Below are positions 36,749-50,027 of a stretch of DNA of 64,000 nucleotides, in pieces. The notes under the pieces are model-generated. The model made no database searches and was not told the origin of the DNA. It worked only from the letters and a program-made list of their open reading frames with translations. Position 1 is the first letter of the stretch. The number at the start of each line of letters is the position of its first letter. The DNA is from Octopus bimaculoides (lineage: Eukaryota): NCBI RefSeq assembly GCF_001194135.2, contig NC_068994.1:59709017-59773016 (forward strand), written 5' to 3'. The translations under genes and the position numbers were made by a program.

Positions 36749-39453
36749 TTATCACACACACACATACAAACACACGACAACAAAATACTACATGGACTAA
36801 TTCATCCATTTGTTTGAAACTGTTTCTGTGTCACAATGTGCAAGGTTCCCCATCTAATTGTTTGTATGAAATTTGATTTCTTATGAACCAATGATCGGTT
36901 TGGTGATCAGTTTCAGTTGTGTAACACAAGCCTGTTGTTGCAACTGCTTTGGGAACCAACTCTTTTATAACTGAAAGACATTCATTGGCAACTATTTAGT
37001 CTTATGTCTGCCATCTTATATGGTTTCTTGTATAAGAATATTGTACTTTTCTGCTAGACAAAGAAAACATCTTCTTGAGCCATTGGTGTAAAAGGAAGCA
37101 GTAATTACAATATTGATAGGTTATCAATACCATTTACCTTCAAGATCCAACTATTATCATGTTAGCAACATACCATTTCTTTTGCTTCCAATATGGCAGG
37201 AATAAATATGATCTCTGTATCTACTTTTGAATAAATTCTACTCTCTGACCTTTCTCTCTACTCTCTGTGACCAGGTCATAGATAATGATGAAAGACTTTG
37301 ATATTTAATCAGAGATAATAATACTATTACAAAATACAACAAAATTCAATATAATGCTATGTAAATGTTTTATAAATGCTTGTTATGTGTGTATTCTGCT
37401 CTTGAATGTGTTGTTATTCCAATATAATCTATTTTTCAATAACATCTCCAGATAATATTTTAAGAGAATACATGGCCTTCGGGAAACATTTGCCTTTTAG
37501 TGGACAAAATATTATGCTGCTGTAGTGGCATTCAAAGATGGTTTGGACTTATTCCTAGATGTGCAATTTATGCTATTAGTTATCTCTATTTGATTATCTA
37601 CAATGGCCATATAGCCATAGCTTGCTTTGATGTTATTTTTGTGGAAGGACTTGCAATAATTGCATTTGTTGGAATGGGAGGTGTTTCCAAAGTGAAGAAC
37701 TCTCTCGGTGTATAGAATGTTACATCAAGGCAACAGGAAGAAGGTGTGTATTCCACAGATAATCTGCCCTTCCTCTAATTCTTTTGTTCAGTGAGTCTCG
37801 TATGTTCTAATTGTGTTGTTTTCTAGAATATTTTGATAATGTGAGATTTGACTGAATAATTTTTGTTTGGGGGAAGATGTCATCAATATTCTCCTGAGGA
37901 GCACTCTATACAATAAGCTCATTACCATCATCATCATCATCATCATCATCATTTGCTATGTCTAGGTTCTTTATAATTGTTTTGGTTAATTATGATTTCT
38001 ATTAATAATATATTGTATGTCCTGATTTAGTTTACCTGCTTCAACATACAATAAACTCACAGGTTGAAACTGATAAATTGCTACATCATCATCATCATCA
38101 TCAGCAGCAGCATCAAAATCATCATCAGCATTACATCCATTTCTCTATGCTTTTATGCAGTCTATGGATCTTCTCTAGCTCAGCATCTTTTCACTTGTGC
38201 TCTCTTTGTTATATCCTTAATNNNNNNNNNNAGTGATCAGCTTATTTTTCCATTTCTTCTTCCAATTAATCCATAATTTTCTGCCCTTCTTTTCTCTGCT
38301 TATTTATGTCAAATATTTGTATACATTTTGATTACACATTTACCTTTTTGCTGTTTAGGATCTGCCATGTATAGATACACCTGTACTGCATCCATATATA
38401 CTCAAACACACATATACATATCTATACCCAAACAAATATACATATGTACACACGCACACACGCACGCACACACACACACACACACGCATATGATGGGCTT
38501 CTCGTTTCCATCTACCAAATCCACTCACAAGGCTATGGTAGCAGACACTTGCTCAAGTTGCCATGCAATAGGACTGGATTTAAAACCAACTGGTTCATAC
38601 CACTACACTCACACCTGCTTCTAACTATAATTATTTCTAATTAATAATGCTCTCTACCTTAAATATCTTAATTAGAATTGCTTAATGTGAATATATTTTC
38701 TGAATTATATAATTTCTAAATAATTCCATTTTCTTATGCCAACAAATATATTTATACACATCTCTACATTTATTTTATTCTTCTCTCGTCTCTGATTCAC
38801 CAAGTACCACCAAGTACCACCAGGTACCATTAAGGCTGGTTCGGTTCACATACTCATGCTTAACCAGATTTGGAGTTGTCTCCCATTTTTGCCAGATTAG
38901 TTCTCCATAACTTTATAATGCTTCTTCATTAACAATAGTAACTCATCTATCAGTTTTGCTATCTATCTATCTATATATCTGTCTGTCTGTCTGTCTGTCG
39001 GTCTATCTATTTCTGTATTTTAACTACCCATCAATCCATCTGTCTATCTACTTTTCTGTCTGTCTATCTCTGTGTGAGCTTGTAACTATGTTTGGTTAGC
39101 TTATCATGCTTATATGTTAAATATGTTAGCCTTATCTTAACTCTGTGTCTGTATATTTGTCTTACCACATAATTATGTCTAGTTATTTGCGTAATACTCC
39201 ACACATTAAACACATTATTAACTTAACCATTTCTGTGGAAACAAATATTTCTAGTTCACAATACTCTATGCATTAAATATGCTAACCCTGGTTCAACTAT
39301 TGTCTCTACATTGGTCTGTCTGTCTTTCTGTACGTTGTCCATCTGTCTATTTACATCTCTACCTTTCCTCATGTCCGGCTGCCTGCATGTCCAGCAACAT
39401 TTCTATATATTCTGTTATTTGTATGAAAAGCTGTCTGTGTTTGAAAGGCAGTG

Positions 39454-39485
<32 letters not shown>

Positions 39486-40621
39486 AGCAAAGTTCAGGGT
39501 GAGGTTAGAGGCGTATTGTTATTTTTGGTTGATTTTGGCACCACTCGTGTTGTGCTGGTGGTGCTGGTGGTGGTGCCGATGTAGGTCAGTGGGTGATGGA
39601 GATTGAATTCATCGATCTTCTTCACTCCACCTCAACCTCTAAACATCTTTTTTTTCTTTTTGTTCTTTACTTTAGTTTCTTCCTACTTATTTTGTGTATA
39701 TTTTATCTTCACACAATCACACACACACACACATATAAATGAACATGTGTGTTTGTGCGTATATATACATACACATATATATGTGTGTGGGTATTCATAT
39801 ATACAAACACGCACACATTAAACTGTTAGTGATTCACCACTACATTATTTAAAGTTTCACATGTACGGTATGTCTGTGATTGGTCAGAGGCACAAAACCT
39901 ATCTGAAAGATCATTAACCGTTTAATTATAAATGTTAACTTGTACAACATCAAGTGCTCTTTCATTTGTGGCAATAAAATTTTGTGAATATTTATTATCT
40001 GTTGTATGTGTCTGCACACATGCCATCATTGTCATCGTTTTGTCTCTGAACATGGGTTGAACAGCTGGTCACAGACCAAATCAGCTCTAATTTTGTGCTG
40101 TCAGCCTCTCACATGGGTCAGGAGACAAACCCTTATCCAGCCATTTCTACAGCTTCATCCCCATTCTAACATCGACTATTCTACACAGTATGCACACACA
40201 CACACATTATATAGGTGTACTCACCAACACATATACATGTATGTGTATACATATACATCTTTGTGTATATTATATGCATATGGAATGGATTATATGTATT
40301 TGTAAATATGTGTGTGCGTGTGCATGTGTGTGTGTGTGTGTGTGCGTGTACATGTGTCTCTCATCAACCCTTTCAGCCGTCTTTTACACTCTGAGAGGAC
40401 AAACCTTTTTCTGAAACTAAGAATTCCAACTCACAGCATTCTTTTTCTCAGAGGTTTGTGACTTTCTTCTTTGAACTTTTGTCCAAACAAGTCTGGCTGA
40501 TGGAATAAATGTTCCTCATGGAGAACCGGTTGTCAGAAATAGTTATGAGATCAAACTGATTCATCTTAATCCAATGTCCTCAGTATCCCTGTGTTCATAA
40601 ACCCACTTACAAACACAGGAA

Positions 40622-40670
<49 letters not shown>

Positions 40671-40671
40671 G

Positions 40672-40706
<35 letters not shown>

Positions 40707-41029
40707 ATACATNNNNNNNNNNNNNNNNNNNNNNNNNNNNNNNNNNNNNNNNNNNNNNNNNNNNNNNNNNNNNNNNNNNNNNNNNNNATATATATATATA
40801 TATATATACATATGTATGTATGTAAATATGAATGTACAGACATATGTATGTTTATATGCATGTACATATATACGTATATATGATGGTACTCTGCACAACT
40901 TCCATCTACCAAATTCCACAAGTGAGGTATTGGTCAACTCAAGGCTAGGGATGAAGGCACTTGCTCAAGGTGGAACCTGCAACAATCTAGTTACAAAGCA
41001 GATTTCTTAACCATCAGCCATTCTTGCAC

Positions 41030-41068
<39 letters not shown>

Positions 41069-41474
41069 CATACACACATGCACACACACACACACCCATA
41101 TATCATTTATCTATGTATAGGTACATGTGTGTACATGTGTGTATGTGAAAACACACACACACACAAATGTGAATGTGCTAAGACTGACAAGACCACTCAG
41201 CCTATATCTTTGCTGCTGGACATGTGCTCGGCCTTGCAAAGAAAGCCTTACCGAACTCCTTCTCTTCAAACCCCACCTCTCTCCACACCTCCACCATTCT
41301 TCCTAGCCATCCACTTCATGACTAAAACTCTCATCAATCATTAATACATCAATCATTAATACATCCCGTCAGTTCAAGTTATAATCTAACGTTATTTAAT
41401 GATTCAACAGCATTTTATAGCTGAGTGCATTCTTCGCACCACTCCAACACTGACCACCATCACATATGCACAAC

Positions 41475-42330
41475 TCTTTTGTAACAACAACAACAACAAT
41501 AATATTATTTTTTCTATTGGCCACAAGAACCGCAAAAACATTTAGAACAATTCAAAGACAAAGGACAGTTGGGATTTGCAAAGAAATGGGTAAACAGTAA
41601 AACAATAACAATTTGCAAAAACCTCTCAATAAATAAAATCCCCAGAAAGGCTGGAAAATGCCACCCTGGGGCAACCAAGGAAGCCCACAAATCCTGGCCT
41701 CCCTATTCACCAGGACATTCATGGCAAATGCTCCTCTTTCCTCGCCCATATTCCTCAGCCTACAGGGACCAGCTTAGAGTAGGCCCACTCACTTGAGCTA
41801 TCCAACAAATTTACTGGGGAAGTAGGGGAAACACATCCCTCTTAACACTCATCTTCCTTTCTAAATGGAATTTTAAAAAGTTGGTGAGGCCTTGGCCAAA
41901 CAGGAAAGTGTCTATCTTCAATCCAATTCACTTCACAACCTCTTTCGTCATACCTACCAGACAGCAGAAAACTGCTTGCCCTTCCCAACCAAAGGAAGGT
42001 GACAGGGTGAGCTTCACAATAGAGTTGGCTGAACTCTCAGAACTGTCCTACACTTGATAGCAGCTGTTCGACAGAGTTCCATAAGTCAGCAATATCTCGA
42101 CATCATCAATAAATCCCCAATAGCCTCCAATAATAACTCTTTTAGACCCCCCCCCCCCCACAAGCCTAAAAGGCTCATCCCAATNNNNNNNNNNCCCCCC
42201 CCCCCCCACAAGCCTAAAAGGCTCATCCCAATATCGTTTCGTCCTTCTGACAACATTTCCATTTTATGGATTTCCAGAAATATTGTCTCCAACTTCAATG
42301 TTTCCAGAAGCATGGTTGTCCACATGTATG
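41475..42330 (-). mobile_element. Decayed L1/Tx1-like LINE 3' end
   Basis: The minus strand gives EGQAVFCCLVGMTKEVVKWIGLKIDTFLFGQGLTNFLKFHLERKMSVKR in an ORF2-C-terminus style. It ends in CCAATAGAAAAAATAATATTA(TTG)n. The clade assignment is by recall. Confidence 0.55.
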
Positions 42331-42844
42331 TTTATATGTGTGTGTATATAAATGCATATATGTGTGTATGTGTGTGAGTGGAGATACATGTGTGTGTATG
42401 TGTATATGTTTATATATGTTTGTATATAAAAGCATGTGTATGCATGTATGTTTTGAAGTGTGTTTGTATATGTATATGTTGATAGATGTGTGCGTGCATG
42501 CGTGTGTGTGTGTGTGTGTGTGTGTAAGATCTAAGTAATAGTCATAATATTTTCCTTAATAGTAATAACAATGGTAAGAAATATGTTTGTTGTTTGATAT
42601 TATAAGGTCAATGAATGTCAGGCCTGAATGTTTCTCTTTTCTCCAACTTTTCCTACCACCACCACCACCACCACCACTACTGCCACCAATACCATCCACC
42701 CCACCACCCATTCATTTGATATCAACCACTCCTTTCGTCCAGCTTTAGGTCAATAATTCTTCTAATCTGCTTGAAGTTTGATTAATGAGAGATTGGTTGC
42801 TTAATTATAGCTGTTGATGGACTGATATGCATACACACACATAC

Positions 42845-42886
<42 letters not shown>

Positions 42887-43060
42887 CTAGATATGTGGAT
42901 ATATATACATATATATATATGTGTGTGTGTATATATATATATATATGTATGTATATCTTGAGATAGATATACATAGATTGATACTTACATAAATACTTGG
43001 ACACATAGGTAAGTAAATATGTAACAAGATTTGTGAAGAGTGAGGCTGGTTGGCACATAG

Positions 43061-43111
<51 letters not shown>

Positions 43112-43609
43112 AGAGAGAAGGAGATAGATGTAGCCAATGAAGCCAATAAACAGTGAAAATAGACAAATATAGATGCGTAGAAATAAATGTAAAAATATTT
43201 CACGGGTTTGTGTGTGTGTGTGTGTGTGTGTGCATGTGTGCGTGTGTGCTTAAATAGATGATGTTGTGATGAGTATACACCCATTGATTAAAAGACAAAT
43301 CAATCCATCTTGTCTGATGAAGGAACATGTGGGTGGCACTGTCCCCCGCCCCCGCCCCTCCTGAATTCATCATCATCATCATAACCATGAGTACTTCGGT
43401 TACCTAAAAGAATATGTGCTACCTGAACATTGGTAGTCATTAAATTGGTTTTCCTACTTCAGAAGAAATATTCTCAATTCCTCTAAATTACCACCATGCA
43501 CCCCCTCCAGCTACCTCACTGACCATTTGACCCTCAGATCCTCATCTGTTTTCCTGATTCCTCTGCAAATTGATGCCCAGACATCTTGAGAAGAAGACCC
43601 ATCGAGCGG

Positions 43610-43840
43610 AGCAAAATCGCAGTCGTGGCAGGCATTGGTGTCACGCAAATGGCACCCGTGCCAGGGACACATAAAAAGCACCCATTACACTCTCAGAGTG
43701 GTTGGCATCAGGAAGGGCATCCAGCCATAGAAAACCATGCCAAATCAGACTGGAGTCTGGTGCAATCTTCCAGCATGCCAGCCCTGGTCAAACTGTCCAA
43801 CCCATGCCAGCATAGACAATGGACGTTAAATGATGATGAC
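43610..43840 (+). mobile_element. RTE-3'UTR/SINE copy
   Basis: AAAAAGCACCCATTACACTCTCAGAGTGGTTGGCATCAGGAAGGGCATCCAGC...GGACGTTAAATGATGATGAC. Confidence 0.85.
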
Positions 43841-44122
43841 ATCCTCTCCTAATTATCTTTCTAGTTCTGTTCAACTGAAGTTGTTGTCATTTAGCTCTGC
43901 CTCATGAAAGCCTGGATCTGACAGACTGAATCCAACAGATCATTGACCTGTTGCTAGTTGGACAAATCACCGAATTCATTGATTAAGTCTTCTGACTTTA
44001 CCACTCCATTTAATGGACTCCAACATCCAGGAGTTGTTATTGTTTGGTAAACATCTGATCATTTTTCAACCTTTGAAGAAGATTTGACTGCTACCTCTTG
44101 CACATCAAATGACCATCTAGAG

Positions 44123-44404
44123 CAGTGGTTCTCAAAGAGGGAGGTATATACCCCCCCCCCCTGGGGGCAGTGGAAAGTTCCAAGAGGGCGTTGAAGAAAA
44201 GTGGAGTGATAAGGAGGGAGTGATTCATGTAAAAACAACAAAATGATGGGTTTGTTGGATAAAGTTTTATTTGTGAAATAGAGTTGCTTTGAATTTGCTT
44301 CAGAAAAGGGTCTGAGTTTGTGATGGTTAGTTGGGGTGGGGGTGCTAAGAATGTGGTCTGGGTGTCAAGTGGGGTGGCAGCCCGGAAAAGGTTGGGAACC
44401 ACTG
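44123..44404. mobile_element. hAT (Charlie-type) MITE
   Basis: TIRs are CAGTGGTTCTCAA and TTGGGAACCACTG. The flanks ATCTAGAG (44115-22) and ATCTTAGAG (44405-13) fit an 8-bp TCTAGA-centred TSD with one inserted base. Confidence 0.8.
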
Positions 44405-44864
44405 ATCTTAGAGCATTAAACAAGGGAGCTTATGAACAATATTTTCCTCTTTCCTGGCATTGTAGACCAAACATGCCGGTACAACACCTTCATTTCAAAC
44501 ATTACAAAAGACTGCCTGTTGGTCGTCCCGGTGTAACGGATTCTTGTTCTAGCCTTTTCTCTGTTTTCTTTTCTTGTTTCATCTAATTAAACATTTATTC
44601 ATTTCTTTAATAACCTTCCACCATTATTTCTCGTCAGCTGCTGTCTTCTCCCAGGCACTCACTCTCGCACATCATCTCTTCACTGACATGTCCTTTGATG
44701 ACAGTCTTATATAACAATACATAAGGCCACACATCCCACCCCCCTGTGTGACTAAATCCCATTATTACAGACTCAACACTGCTGGACCACTCGGTTGGCG
44801 TGGTCTAATCAAGAACTGCTTATTATAGATTGTAGCTGGAACAAATGATTGATAGATAGATAGA

Positions 44865-45140
44865 TAGATGGATATGTTTCTTTATTAGTCACACCCGGCT
44901 GAACACAGAGGGGCCAAAATACAATGTAAAGCTTTTCTTTTGAAGGTCGACCCAGGATGGCATAGTTGCTTGAGGGCAATACGACACTCGTGGTCCCATT
45001 TGCCCTTCCTCGGTCTCTTTTTGGTACGCAACTGCAGTTCAGTCATAGAGACAAGCTGCGGGAAAGTGCACCTCACAAACGGCAACCACACCTGTTCACT
45101 GTCGTCTACGTAGAGCGGGAAATGTCGCAGTCTCAGCGCG
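44865..45140 (-). mobile_element. Probable non-LTR retroelement 3' end
   Basis: A GC/CpG-richer segment whose minus strand ends GGTGTGACTAATAAAGAAA-(TATC)n, similar in form to the terminus at ~41515. Confidence 0.35.
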
Positions 45141-45330
45141 TTTGCACATCATCAACCATGGCATGCCCAGCCCTCCTTTTAGTGGGTGTTGGCAGCAAAC
45201 GGATTGCCTGACCATTGGCATGCTTCCTTTCCACAAGAGGTGAGCATTAGTGAGAGGAAGGGCATCCAGCCATAGAAAATCTGCCTCAACAAATCCCATC
45301 TTTTCCATGCAAGCATGGAAAAGGGGACCC

Positions 45331-45383
45331 TAACCCTTCAGCATTCAGATTATTCTGTCAAATATAATCCTTATTTATTCACA

Positions 45384-45416
<33 letters not shown>

Positions 45417-45727
45417 GTTTAACGTCCGCTTTCCATGCTAGCATGGGTTGGACGATTTGACTGAGGACTGGTGAAACCAGATGGTTACACCAGTCTCAAA
45501 TCTGATCTGGCAGAGTTTCTACAGCTGGATGCCCTTCCTAATGCCAACCACTCCAAGAGTGTAGTGGGTGCTTTTATGTGCCACCAGCATTGAGTTTTTG
45601 ATGATGTGACTTTTTTTGGAATGACATTGTAGGGTAGGTGTGAGAGGCCGGATTTAGCTGGTTTGAACATAAAACTGGTCGAATATTTTGGGCTCTGGAT
45701 CGGACTAGTTTAAATGCTAAAGGGTCG
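45331..45727. mobile_element. TTAA-type (piggyBac-like) MITE interrupted by a SINE/RTE tail
   Basis: Left ACCCTTCAGCATT (45333-45) and right AATGCTAAAGGGT (45713-25) form a 12/13 inverted match. The TTAA flanks are degraded. Confidence 0.55.
45386..45590 (-). mobile_element. Young RTE-3'UTR/SINE copy inserted inside a MITE
   Basis: (CAT)n tail followed by CGTTTAACGTCCGCTTTCCATGCTAGCATGGGTTGG...GGATGCCCTTCCTAATGCCAACCAC. Confidence 0.85.
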
Positions 45728-45899
45728 AATGGTGATGATGAGCTCGCACGCACACACACACACATAAATGAGTGTAAAAATCATACAGTGAAATCCTTGA
45801 GTTTGGCTCAGTTCAAATGCCATGGGATGAAAAGAAGCCGAACATTTTGGAACTAATCTTTTGTCCGAGTAAAAAAGAGAAAATTTTTCCACAGTGTCC

Positions 45900-45937
<38 letters not shown>

Positions 45938-46398
45938 GGATGGGGTGCAGACATAAAGGTGAATGGAAATACTGACAGAATGTGATAGGAACCAGAGTTC
46001 AGTGCACAGCTTTGCTCCACCATTTCTATAACATTGTCTGGCTTTGACTCATAAATAAGACAGCATAAACTGATGAATGGATCTATTGAAACTTTAGTTA
46101 CAGATTGGTATTGAACCAGTCGTTGTTGTTGGTGTTGTTGTTCCCCGGTCTACACCCAAACATCCATCTCTATTGAATGGCTTCGCTTTAAAAAGCAGAT
46201 CTATTGAATTAACTCATGTTAAACAGGATTATAGTTGGATGTTAGGGTTGTCAGAGAGAAAGGGGTGGCAAATAGAGACGATGGAGAAATAGGAGAGGGG
46301 GAGAGTGAAATAGATTTAAAGGAGGGAGAGGAGGGAGAGCGAGCGAGAGAGAGACAGCGTGTGTGTGTGTGTGATTGAATGAATGAGGGAGGGAAAGG

Positions 46399-46438
<40 letters not shown>

Positions 46439-49214
46439 GGGNNNNNNNNNNNNNNNNNNNNNNNNNNNNNNNNNNNNNNNNNNNNNNNNNNNNNNNNNNN
46501 NNNNNNNNNNNNNNNNNNNNNNNNNNNNNNNNNNNNNNNNNNNNNNNNNNNNNNNNNNNNNNNNNNNNNNNNNNNNNNNNNNNNNNNNNNNNNNNNNNNN
46601 NNNNNNNNNNNNNNNNNNNNNNNNNNNNNNNNNNNNNNNNNNNNNNNNNNNNNNNNNNNNNNNNNNNNNNNNNNNNNNNNNNNNNNNNNNNNNNNNNNNN
46701 NNNNNNNNNNNNNNNNNNNNNNNNNNNNNNNNNNNNNNNNNNNNNNNNNNNNNNNNNNNNNNNNNNNNNNNNNNNNNNNNNNNNNNNNNNNNNNNNNNNN
46801 NNNNNNNNNNNNNNNNNNNNNNNNNNNNNNNNNNNNNNNNNNNNNNNNNNNNNNNNNNNNNNNNNNNNNNNNNNNNNNNNNNNNNNNNNNNNNNNNNNNN
46901 NNNNNNNNNNNNNNNNNNNNNNNNNNNNNNNNNNNNNNNNNNNNNNNNNNNNNNNNNNNNNNNNNNNNNNNNNNNNNNNNNNNNNNNNNNNNNNNNNNNN
47001 NNNNNNNNNNNNNNNNNNNNNNNNNNNNNNNNNNNNNNNNNNNNNNNNNNNNNNNNNNNNNNNNNNNNNNNNNNNNNNNNNNNNNNNNNNNNNNNNNNNN
47101 NNNNNNNNNNNNNNNNNNNNNNNNNNNNNNNNNACTTTCAATTTATTACATAAACTAACTCTTTTATTCAGTTTGTTTCCTTTCTGATTGGAAAAAACAT
47201 TCAGACGACCAGAAGAAAGAATTAAGAAGGCAAAGAAAAAAAGGGAAACAAAAATATATTAAACAATGAAAAAAATATAAAATACAACTAAACTGATGAT
47301 AATGGAATTGGTATGCTGGAAGAAATAAATGTGAAGCATTTATAGACATTATGCTTATTAAAACAGATTGAGTGAAAATGGTTTTTTTTTTACTTTTTTT
47401 TTTTTTTTAGTGAGAGTTTCTATAAAAATTCCATTGCAACCTCCTACATTAGTCGACTTATATCATAATATCGTTTGATCGACTTATAATACGTTTTCTT
47501 GTTTTCCTTTTCTAAATTTGGGGTTGTTATACATTTTTACATATTTTTCTTTCTTTCTTTTTTTTTGTATTTCTTCTGTTCTTTTTCCCTCTTTTTCCTT
47601 TCACTACCAATTTCCAATCAAAATGGTTTGTAGTCTTTCTTCAATAGTTTGCTGGCCGATGCTGTCGGATACAATTACCAACATTTTCAGGTATTTTCTT
47701 TGATGGTGTCGGATTTTTTTGTTTTGTTTTCCTTCTCCTCTCTCTTCTCTTCTGAATAAAGAGATTTGCTTGCAAAATAGGGTCTAGTTGTGTTAATAAC
47801 TGTATGAGTTTTATCATTCTTGACACGAGTGTCTTACACAAAATGACTCCTAAAGTCGTTGAATGGAAAGCTGATGGCTTGTGTGAACTTATGAGAAGAT
47901 AGAGAGACAGACAATAAAACCATGGGAGGAGTAGGGGGAGAGAAAAGTCTGGCATAGAAATCGATCAATCAATTGATAGATATTATGATAGACAGACAGA
48001 AAGATAGACGTAGACGTTGAAATGGTACAACAAACAGGTTGGAAGAAATTGATGGATACACAACGTCAAAGGGGTTTATATTTGTGTGTGTATCAGTTGA
48101 CTGACACTCCCGACTCCCACCCCTAATCGTCTGATATCTGTAATGATGTTCAATCAAAGAGTACGCTATTAAAATATATTTTACAACTGGGAGATTCGTT
48201 GTAGCTGAATGGATGAATAGAAGACATTGTTTTGAATCAAGCAGAGAATTATAAATAATTTTTAGAACTCTTTGACCTGACAGTGATAGCAAAAGGCATT
48301 TCCAGTTTGTTAGAAGCAGTATACATCATAGTTCAAACAGCAGAACACATCCCAAATTGAGTTGATGAAATTCTGCATCATGAGCAGGTCATGTGTCTAC
48401 AACTCATCATTGTCTCCCTGGTTCCTTTAAGGGTCAGTAACTTCTATTTTAATAACCTACTTTTATCCCATGTTGGCTTAAATATATATATGTTGCATAT
48501 AAATACATTTCCCCCCACCATCGCCATTTCTATCACTGGCAATGTTGCCTATGGAAGCAAACTGTGACACAAAAACTGTCTCAAAGTTTTCAACTGGTCA
48601 ATGGCACGAAAACATTTGAAAAATATTGCAGAAAAGGCCCAAGGCACAGAGAGAACACCTCAGTGGTTCTCTTGTGGACTGCCCCCCCCCCACCACCACC
48701 TANNNNNNNNNNAGTGGTTCTCTTGTGGACTGCCCCCCCCCCACCACCACCTATGGTGACCAAGGAACGGAATAAGAAAAAGAGGGGGAAATGACAGAAA
48801 AAGATTTGGGTTGGTGGAAGGAGCAAGAGCGTGTAGAGAAAAAAGGGCCGGGTGGGGGAATGAAGTAAGAGTAAGAGTAGGTGATGGGTGGCAAGGAAAG
48901 AGAGAAGTGGCTGGCAGCACAGGGTATTGGATGAGGGCTATACAGTTTAGTCCCTTATATATAGGCCGAGTGAAAGGGTAAGAGGGTCAGTGAAAAATAA
49001 GTTGGTCAGCACTGCGCATGGGCAGATGATAGATGGAGGACTACAAGTGCTAAAGAGATGGGTAAGACAGAAAAGTGTGCAATATGTGCAGGAGAGATGA
49101 GCGGCCAAGCGTGCAAGATGAGAGGACAGCAAATGTAGGCCTGACAGTACAGAATCTCCTAAGTCAACCTCAAGCCTCTACCTTTCTGCCAGGGTACATT
49201 TTACCACAGGTAGT

Positions 49215-49615
49215 TGGCTATTCTTCACTACCATGAATCACTGATCAGTCTGATTGTTTGTCATCTCCTCACCAACACATGCAGAATCTTCAGGTTAGTC
49301 TTCACTATTTTGTCCCAAGTCTTTCTCAATCTGCCTCTTCCACAGATTTCACAAACTTGAAATGCATGGCACTTCCACACACAAAAAATGCCCAGAGGAG
49401 CACAACTTTCTCTCTTGATTCCTGTCATACTCACTTTTTCTCTCTCAGTTCATTCGTACACACCCATTGGAGCATGCTTGCTTCACTTCTTTCTAGACTT
49501 CACAAGATTTTTGCATTTAGAACTTATTTCAATCTACTAATCACGATCACAGTTCCAACATAAGCAACATACAATCTTCCCTTCACTCTGAGGGAGAGGA
49601 CCTTTGTTGCCAGCG
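49215..49615 (-). mobile_element. Decayed RTE-type LINE ORF fragment
   Basis: The minus-strand translation LATKVLSLRVKGRLYVAYVGT...SLERSEASMLQWV is homologous to the 60040-60200 copy. It contains stops and frameshifts. Confidence 0.75.
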
Positions 49616-49785
49616 CCTATACTTACTTGACTGGCCCTTTATTTTATTGACCCCCCCCCCAAAGGATGAAAGGCAAACTTGACTTCACAGGGATTTGACC
49701 TGTAAGTATAAAAAAGCAGGACTAAAATACCATGAGGTATTTTAGTTCACCACTGTAATGGTATGACTCCATTACAAAATGTTGT

Positions 49786-50027
49786 GGAGACACATGGCTT
49801 AGTGGTTAGGGTGTTGAACTGATGATTGTAAGATTCTGGTTTCAATTCCTGAACTGGGCAACACGTGTTCTTCAAACACTTCATTTCACATTGCTCCAGT
49901 CCACTAAGGTGGCAAAAAGGAGGAACCCTGTGACTGACCGGTGTCCCATCCAGGTAGGGAATATATATGCCATGAAACCGGGAACCTGACCCTTGTGAAT
50001 CGACATGACTCGAGAAGGTAACTTTAT
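49786..50027 (+). mobile_element. tRNA-derived SINE with a Meta/V-like domain
   Basis: A-box TGGCTTAGTGGTTAG and B-box-like GGTTTCAATTCC, then CCCTGTGACTGACCGGTGTCCCATCCAGG and CATGAAACCGGG, which resemble the V/Meta SINE core. The domain naming is inference. Confidence 0.6.

Noticed and set aside
42132-42232. Direct duplication of CCCC...ACAAGCCTAAAAGGCTCATCCCAAT
   Set aside because: The two copies flank a 10-N gap next to a poly-C run, so this is an unmerged contig overlap, not biology.
46068-46095. CTGATGA...GAAAC hammerhead-like spacing
   Set aside because: There is no proper stem II after the core and no stem I complementarity.
48662-48752. Direct duplication of AGTGGTTCTCTTGTGGACTGCCCC...CACCACC
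   Set aside because: Same 10-N gap overlap artefact.
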